From positions 248,001 to 312,000 of the forward strand of contig JAYWIR010000029.1 of assembly GCA_036172245.1 (NCBI GenBank): a stretch of DNA of 64,000 nucleotides, in the 5' to 3' direction. The notes beneath the pieces are model-generated. The model made no database searches. It was not told where the DNA came from and saw only the letters and a program-made list of their open reading frames with translations. This document shows positions 51,138-64,000 of the stretch, piece after piece; the first letter of the stretch is position 1; each line of letters opens with the position of its first letter. The stretch comes from Raillietiella orientalis. Its lineage: Eukaryota. The position numbers and the translations under genes are program-made.

Positions 51138-52041
51138 CATTCATTCTTTGTGAATGTTGATTTTCCTCTTTTTGGCAAATTTTTTATTGGTTCTCTGGAC
51201 TGACTTCGCAAGATAGCACTGGCCCTCTTTAGAGCTACTTTTTTTAAATCCTTTCTGTAATGATTTTTTCCAATAAATCGTCGCACATAATTTAATGAAT
51301 GTCGTGGTCCTTTTTTGAGAGTCACCTGAGCAACTCCTTTATTAGGATGTTTCTGCAATAACATAAAATGGTGCATCAGGAAACTACTTATACTAACCAA
51401 TGCTTTTCTTGTCTTCCAACTGAATGTAAATCCCTTATTGTCAAATGATGGTTCAATTCCCAACGCTTTTTTTTGTATTACTCCATTGTTTTTATAGGAA
51501 TTTACTTTGTTTAAGTTCAGAGGATCCTATAAAAAAAAATCGTTGATTTAATAATTTCATTAAACTCGGAGCTTATTCTAACAGAACCCAAAGTTTTGCA
51601 TATACATGGAAATTATAAATATGCACGGGCAACTTTTACATTGATAAAAATATAAAATATGCACATAAACAAAATTTCAGCACATAAAAAGGAACGAGAA
51701 GTGATCTTTAAATCACCTTTATTTTAAAAGAGCTTTTACGATTCCAACAGGCACTCGATTATCAACGTGGGTTCCCATAAAAGTATTATTCTATTTAAGG
51801 TGATTGTTATATAAAAAATTCTATCACTCAAATAATAACAATAATAATCATAATTTGCATCAGCGGTCACGGATTAAAAAGGCTCCTAATGTTTCCAGAC
51901 TTAAGCAAAATACTGAACTTCTGGAAAGTAATTAAAATACATAAAAGTACTTACAGTACTGAATGATCGATTAAAATTTCTCTGTTTTAACAGAAAACAA
52001 TGATTGTTTCTGATTATCTGCCAAACAACATCAGTAGACAT
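51137..52041 (-). CDS. RpL28: 60S ribosomal protein L28 (eL28), 143 aa; coding exons 52041-51955, 51526-51398, 51352-51137
   Basis: Spliced translation MSTDVVWQIIRNNHCFLLKQRNFNRSFST|DPLNLNKVNSYKNNGVIQKKALGIEP...KTRKAL|KHPNK...HYRKDLKKVALKRASAILRSQ...NE*. Has the W.IIRNN.CFL, DP.NL and YRKDL...A.RRASA-type eL28 motifs. GT-AG introns of 428 and 45 nt. Confidence 0.95.
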
Positions 52042-52219
52042 GATACCGCTTGAATGTAAAACTTGAAACACTTATTAGGGTTTTACAGAAATTCCATAAA
52101 ATTGCTACAAAATCACTACTTTAATAAAATAAATGAATTTTCAAGATCAACAAAAATTTTATTTCACATATTTTAGCTCCCATACAATAATTCCACCTCA
52201 AATAGAACGCTAAATTTAC

Positions 52220-52256
52220 CAACCCAATGTACACACAGCGCTGCATACACGGAAGC
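52220..52256 (-). promoter_or_regulatory. Putative RpL28 non-coding first exon / TSS with pyrimidine (TOP/TCT-like) start
   Basis: Minus strand reads gCTTCCgtgtatgcagcgctgtgtgtacattgggttg|GTAAAT: a short, locally GC-richer block ending in a donor about 180 nt upstream of the ATG. Confidence 0.45.
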
Positions 52257-54589
52257 AGTTTTTTACTCATGGTTGCTAGAAGTAAAACAATTCCAGGCTT
52301 CTTGAAGATCCAAAAATAAAAATGAAAAATAAATGAATTCGAACTGCTTTTAAACTATTCTATGGAATAAAATAATACTTTATTTAGATTTTATTTTATA
52401 TTTATTGGAATTAGAAAAATTCTATTATGAGTATCAAATACTAATGCATCTATACAGATTTGAATACACAAAGAAATGATTGAAATAGATTGCTCTTTCG
52501 GTAAAGTAAAGCGCTTTCTTTGATTAAAAGAAATAGGAAACCGAGTAGCACTGAAAGATTATTTTAAAAATCGATGACATGAACAGAAGATTAACAATCA
52601 AATAATGAAAATACCTGAAGATCTGAAAAATTCTGATCACCTGAAGAACATAAGTGAGGATTTTTTGATAGTTACTTTTATATTTTGAGAAAGGTAAAAG
52701 AACTTGATATACTAATAAAATCAAACAATAAAGTAAGCAAATGTATGCAATGAGAAATACAGGCTGTTGGACTATGTGTCTACTACCTTGAAATTTTGAG
52801 AATTACTATTCTTCAAAGCTAAGTTGAGGAAAAGAAATCTTGCAATCACAAAGATGAAAGACATCATAAAGATTACTAATTATATGTGGATATTCATTAA
52901 TGTTGAAAATTTCAATGAAAAAGCAGATCAATAAACGTGATAAGTTGTTTGAAAGAAAAACTTGATAATGAAAATCCAAGCACCTAACCTGATTTTTTAA
53001 AAATAGCTAATAGTAACATAGATAATGAGATAATGATACTTTTTCGAAAAAGAACATGCAAATCAAAATGAAGAACTGAAATTAGAATTGAAATATTTTC
53101 ACTTGCTATACTGACTAGTAATCAGAATTTTATTTCATGAAGCGAAAGGAAATTAATGAAGGTTGCGAATAACAAACAAACTGCATAAAAGTATGTTTAT
53201 ATGGACATGAAGAGTGATTTCGAACAAAACGAAAATCATCTTTCTCAAAATGGATGATATTAATTGAAAAGAGGAAACAGAAATAATTGCTTCCATATTA
53301 TGTATAAAGTTGTTCAAAGAAATAAAACAAAACAGCTTCCTGTGTTACAAAATGAATTATAAATTATAATAAAACTGTATTTGTCTATTAGTCATGAAAT
53401 ATGAAAGTTTTCCTGAGCATTCTGTTTCCTGAGCACTAAACAAAAGCAATATGGCATTAATAACATCAATAAACCGACTAGATCAATGACAATTACATAA
53501 ATGCAAAAGAAATGCAATTCTAGACACAAATTGCATCTGCAAATTTAAAATAATAATGTTGGGACTTGCAGGTGAAAAAACCAATCTACATTGTTATAGG
53601 GAATCAAATTAAATCAACATTTAAAAAAAAAAAATGTATGAATAGGAACATGGAATAAAAGGAAAATTGTGAAAGGGATGCAAAGCTTTTACTTTTATCT
53701 AGAGACTACAACGATAATGAAGATAGATCATACAAGTAGCAAACCAATGAAATAATAGTAAGTAAAATCAAGTTTATTCAGAAAAACTCCAAAAGTTTAG
53801 GTAGCAACCATATGACTTATGATACTTCCTAAGACAAAAGGGTTTGGAAATAAAATTCGTTATTTGCTTACTCATGTAAAATACAATGAAAAATAAAAGT
53901 TTGAAGACGGCCTCGTACGAAAGTGTTGCACTGTATTTCACGGTATCAGATTAAATTCTCTGATTATAATTTGTTTTTAATTTATGAAAACATGTTTGAT
54001 TCATCATATGATAGTATTCGAAGCAATTGAAAATTTTGAAAGTTCAACGAAACAATAGGCCAGAAATGCCTTTAGGAATTGAAGACAGCGTGTATTCAAA
54101 ATTATTGTAATCGGTTTTCAATCAAGGTCCAGAATGTTAATCGATTTGTTAAACGTTTTGCTCACTAAGCTAGTTGTTACGTACTCCTTCTTACTGAAAA
54201 TCTTGCATTTTCAGGAAGAAAATCTACTTAATAACTGAAATGATCCAGGATTTCTAAGAACACTGTATCAAACATTACAATTATATGCCATGTTCAATGC
54301 AATATTTAGTTTCCGCATTTAATCAAGTGGATTGATTAATTATAATTAATAGGAAGTAAAAAATTAATGAAGCAGTAACAGTGATTAAAGCCGAGATAAA
54401 AAACTGATTGCCATAAGCAAGTTATGAGACTTTCAAACTCAAGTTTCAAATGCTGAATACGTAACTCAGTGTTGAAATTAAATGAAAGAGATATAATGAT
54501 AATGTAGCAGGGGTGCAGAGAGTTAAAACGTTTTTGGTATCATTACCCCAGCCTCTACTTTGTTTGAAGGAATTAATGTGCAAGTTTTT

Positions 54590-56100
54590 GCTCATAAAGA
54601 TTTTCCTCTTATCTAGCAATGATATTATGATATACAGAGATAACAGCTCTAAAACTTAAAATTGTAAGTCTGGAGGGAGCTACTATGAAAAAAAAACAAA
54701 ACAAAAACTGGATTTGAAGGAAAAAAATTTAAAGCAGGATCTCTAGCTATTTTCTAGAATGAATTTCTTGACTATCGAATTTTTTTCCTGAAGGGAACGA
54801 TCTGGGAAGAAGCTGTTTATCCATTGTTTTCACTGAAATAGTTTTCAGTAATGATTAATGATGGAAATGAATTCTAAGGATTTTGTTTACATTTCTATGA
54901 ACACAAAGAGCTGATTGCAAATGAGAATCTGAGTGAGATTTGAGATAAAAGCTCCCAAGTGCCACTCTGAAAAACCTGAAATCAAGAAGCTCCCCAAAGT
55001 CAGGTAAAGACTAAGATCGTTGACTCCTTGGGAAAATTTGTAACTTCCTAGTATATATTCAGTCGCAGTTAAATTAGATACACGAAGTAGATTTGCAAAC
55101 AGAATCACAAATAACAAAATTATCATTTAAATAATTAGCTGCTCTTATCCCATAGTAATTACTGAAACTAATATCTTTTGCCTGGAGAAACAAGCCATCT
55201 AGTTCAGACACTGAAAACATTGTCTGTGCTAGAAAGAAAAATAAAAAGGCATTAGAGATAGTGTGTTATTTTGGACACAGTCGGAAAGAACACACTATTG
55301 GGCTTGACTTTCTTGGAATGGAATAAAAATTTTGCTTGTTGTCGCAACAGTAAACCATCAGAAACCACAGTTTAAAATAATCTTTACAACACTTATGTTG
55401 TTTGTGAACTAGACTTTACATTCATAACTCTGAGTCGCCCTTTCTAGCGTCCCTACTTATTGAATGTATGCTGGATCACCGGCATCAGATTGCATTGTAC
55501 TGCACTCTGAAAAACGCCCTATTGCTTTGATTTTAGAATTGCAAGGGCTGGTGTTTACTTAGCACTGCAGCAGTATCACTGCACACGATGTCAACCAATT
55601 CAGACTTCAATATGAACCAAAGATAATCGTTGCCATTTTATGCTTCCGAAGACAACGATCTTTTCCCAAAAATGGCATTCGTTTTTCGGCGATTCGTTTT
55701 TGAAAACTGAATAACTCATTCTTCACGACTTTCTTGCAATCAGAAATTAGCTCCCAAAATCATTTGCACTGCATATGTACTCGGATGATTGAAGTCCGTT
55801 GTCTAGTTAAAAGGACACCTGATATGAAACCTAATGAAAATGGTACATGAACACTCTTATTCAACTATGGAGTATTTCGTAACCTTGAAATGCCTCATCT
55901 GCAAAACTCCTCATGTTAGGCAATTACTTACGGAAGTCATTCCAAGGTTACGAAGTGCAGTTTCGCTCAGAAATCGGAGAAGCCAATTCCTGAACAGTCT
56001 CATAGAATATTTAAACATTAAGTAAGGGAAAACAAATTGGATCTCGGAAGCTTGAAAGAGAAATTCAAGAGAAAAAAAACTGATCTTGGATAACAGCATT
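54590..56100 (-). mobile_element. Decayed hAT (Charlie/Buster, ZBED5/SCAND3-like) transposase
   Basis: Colinear broken motifs: FLSETALRNLGMTSVSN (~GE.AAKK...PLSN), F*LD, VKNELFSF, VCSDTAAVLSKH...KIKAI...ECST (~VCSDGAASMTGKH..IKE..PEC.TTHC), VVKIILN and RGKSL (~WLSRGK.L). Confidence 0.58.
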
Positions 56101-58886
56101 GCCACGTTGAAAGTCTTCGTGTCTTCGCTCTAGCTTCGCTTACATCATATTCGCATCATTTCTAGGGATGCCATCTTTTTTCCCGAAACATCTCCTTTCT
56201 CAGCTAGCATTTTAGGAACTTTTTTTTTTTTTTACTGGGTGTTACATTCATTAAAATGTTACTCAGCTCATATTTTCAGTTTGCTAACCGAATAGTTGGA
56301 ATGCATTGTGAGAGAAGAAACGTATAGGAAGGTCCGTTTCGCAAGGTGATTCAGATAACTAATTTATAAATTGTAGTAGATCATTTCTACGTTTAGATTT
56401 TTCTTCTCAAACCTAAGACATAAATATGGCAATATATTGACAATAAAACGAAATGAGAACAAAGTCGTTTTCGGTCTCTATGCATAAGTTCAGTATCTAC
56501 TAAAATAATCAAAGCAATTGGTAAGACACCAATAGCAGTTGTCACTTGGAAGTGTTTTGTGCACAAAGAGCCAATGTGGAAAATATAATAATACCATAGG
56601 TATGAATTCTTCAAGGATGTCGAAATGTGATACTATGGAAAGTGCAGCTAAACCAGAGAAACGAAAGTCATTTCATTGATGCAAACCTGGTGGGAGTGAC
56701 CTGTTTTTGGAATGCTCTGTCTGTTTGAAAGGTGTGCCACTTCCTGTTCACGGAAGAGAGCACGTTGATGGGATAGCACGCAGTGCTACCTCACCTACAC
56801 GAGACTTTTCTGACGGTTAACAGTGGTGTTTCGAATGCGATATATGACACGCAAGAGTTGTTCTTACTTCACGGCGGTAGAGAAAAGTAATGGTGTCTGT
56901 GTGTGTGTTTTGCTTTCGCTAACAAGTATGACACTTACAGTTTCTGGCAGATCAACTTGCGATTTATTCGGGTAAAATTGAAGGGCGGGGGTGGGGGAGA
57001 TATGTTTGCTCTAGTATTAAAGAGCGCGAAACTCGAAAGTGGATTTATTAACGCCAAAAAAAGAGCTTCTGTATTTCTTCAAAAATACTGATAACTGATG
57101 AGAATGTTTCCGGTTTCGACACTCGTTATGTTAACGATGCCTTCAGTGGACTGCCCTTACGTACATCATCGTCGGAATACACTTCGGTCCGACTGAGCAC
57201 CTTTCAACATGTGCTTTAGCAACTTAGTGGCAGTTCCTTTCTGTAAGTTCAATCCTGAGGAATGCGTGGTGACGCTTCTTAGTGCAGAAGGCGTGCTGAT
57301 GACCAAGCTGTGCGTTGAAAGAGAAACTTGCTGAGGAGGACACTTACTAAAGATGTTTACGATGCATTCCCTGATATGTAATGTTCAGGTTCCATGCCTA
57401 CGACATTCGTTCGGAAAACAATTCCTAAGTGATCTTGACCAGCTCATTATATCGGAAAGCTTACGATGCAAGCGCAGTGACTGCACTTGCCATTTCTCTA
57501 GAAAATTTCATTAGTCACTACTCATTTGGCGATCCGCGCTCAGTCTCCTGAAATGATTGAATTAGTATTACATTCTGAACATGGTTGTAGGAACATTCAG
57601 ATCTCACGTCCGACCGAAATAGTTTATAAGGAGTTTTGCGTGATACCCCCGTTCCCGCCATGCTCGGTCCACTACAGCTATTTAAAACGAAGACACTTTT
57701 GGAAAAGTTCGTTATATATGAACGAAACTTCTGAAACAAGTGATAAATGGCCCAAAGTAAATGAAATCTGTTTGAAACAACTCCCTCTTCTAAATAAAAA
57801 TGGCAGATAATTAAAATCTAAACTCCCAATTTAAATTCCTCAGGTAATGGAAACGCCTTGTTTAAAAACTGGAAAAAATAATTATGCTGTCAGTCATGGT
57901 AAGGTAGAAAAAAAAAAACAAAAAGGGGGGGTGGCTGATAGTCATTAAAATAAATCAACTGATGTGCATCCAAAATATTAACTTCCCAAATCAAAAGCAA
58001 GTACTATTTACAACCATTCTTTAATATATGCTTATGCTTATCTTATAAAAATGTGATTACTAATCAGATCTGTACTTTGAAAGAACTGTACATTTACAAT
58101 CGGCACCTAATTATTTGGGATTCTATAACGAGGAATATTTTAACTGAAAATGTTTAAATTGTCAAATGTTGCTGGTAGATATTCAGTATACTCATGAAAA
58201 TGTAATGTAGTAGTTTCCTTGGGGGTAACATGAGCACACACCTTATCTTTCAATTCAAAAATTTTCACATATTAATGTGCTGTTAAGTTATTACATATAC
58301 ACATTCTTCTGGTGTTATCAGTTTTGATTACAAAACAATCTCCACATGCTCCAAGTAGTTTCGTGCTTAATAATCTCAGATTGTTGAAGCTCACCATCAT
58401 GTATGCAATCAGTTTTACAAAGGTTTACAAAGCGTGTTCATTGCAATTATATATATGTATATATAAAAAAACATGGAAAGGCAAGCAACAATTAAATTAT
58501 ACGTTCACTTATGATTTGAAATTTTAAAAACATGGTTGCCAACATTGTGTCACCCAAATTTAGTGTATAAATTCAAGAACATATATTCCCTAAAAGCATA
58601 TTCTGTCTACAGAAAAGTACTGCTTCTCTGTTTCACATTCATGAATATAAATTAGAATGCTTCTTCCCTCAAGCATAACTCATTCATCTCTGCAATTACT
58701 GCACAGCCAAGGAGGAATACGGAAACATCAACATGATCTTTCATACAAGGCACTTGCAGTGGATACTGATGACTGCATCTGTGATTAAATAAAATCAGAG
58801 GCCTATAATCAAAAGATTTTCTTGCACAAAATGAGAACCTGATCAAGTATATGTTTGCACTTCTGACCCTAAGACTGAAAAACAAT

Positions 58887-63720
<4,834 letters not shown>

Positions 63721-64000
63721 AGTTTCAGCTACATCTCAAAAAAAATCTTGCAACCTTATTTCTGAAAACAATGAGTGTCACAAAAATTTAATGTGTAACA
63801 TAGGTTAAAAATCCGATACTTTGAAATTATTCTTTGCATACACTGTTACAACTTTAGTATAGAAAAAATTTAACATTTTCACTATTTCTTCCCTGTTTAA
63901 TCACTAGGGGATATAAGTTCCCAATCAATTCATTGAATTCTACAGAAGAAAAAAATGAATGCCCTCCTATTTCAAGATAATTTATTTACGAAAAAAAGCT

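Noticed and set aside
57095..57130. CTGATGAG hammerhead ribozyme core (also at ~6456 and ~16316)
   Set aside because: No stem II followed by GAAA and no closing stems.

Overview
Eukaryotic (animal, most likely arthropod) genomic DNA with two compositional domains. Positions ~1-42,700 are GC/CpG-rich and carry the 5' half of an Ets65A/ERG/Fli-1 ETS transcription factor gene on the minus strand: a first coding exon at 31315-31777, a ~30 kb intron, then 54-nt and 66-nt exons at 1175-1228 and 692-757. The ETS domain lies left of the window. A transition zone at ~42,700-50,000 is rich in decayed transposon debris and hairpins. Positions ~50,000-64,000 are AT-rich and CpG-poor and hold two housekeeping genes on the minus strand: RpL28 (3 coding exons) and p70 S6 kinase (11 coding exons), whose introns are mostly only 38-49 nt. 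A tRNA-derived SINE-like family occurs in three copies plus a fragment, and decayed hAT, Mutator-like and Gypsy-integrase remnants are visible. Most ORFs in the supplied track over the GC-rich part look like chance open frames. Family calls come from manual translation and recalled motifs; no searches were run.
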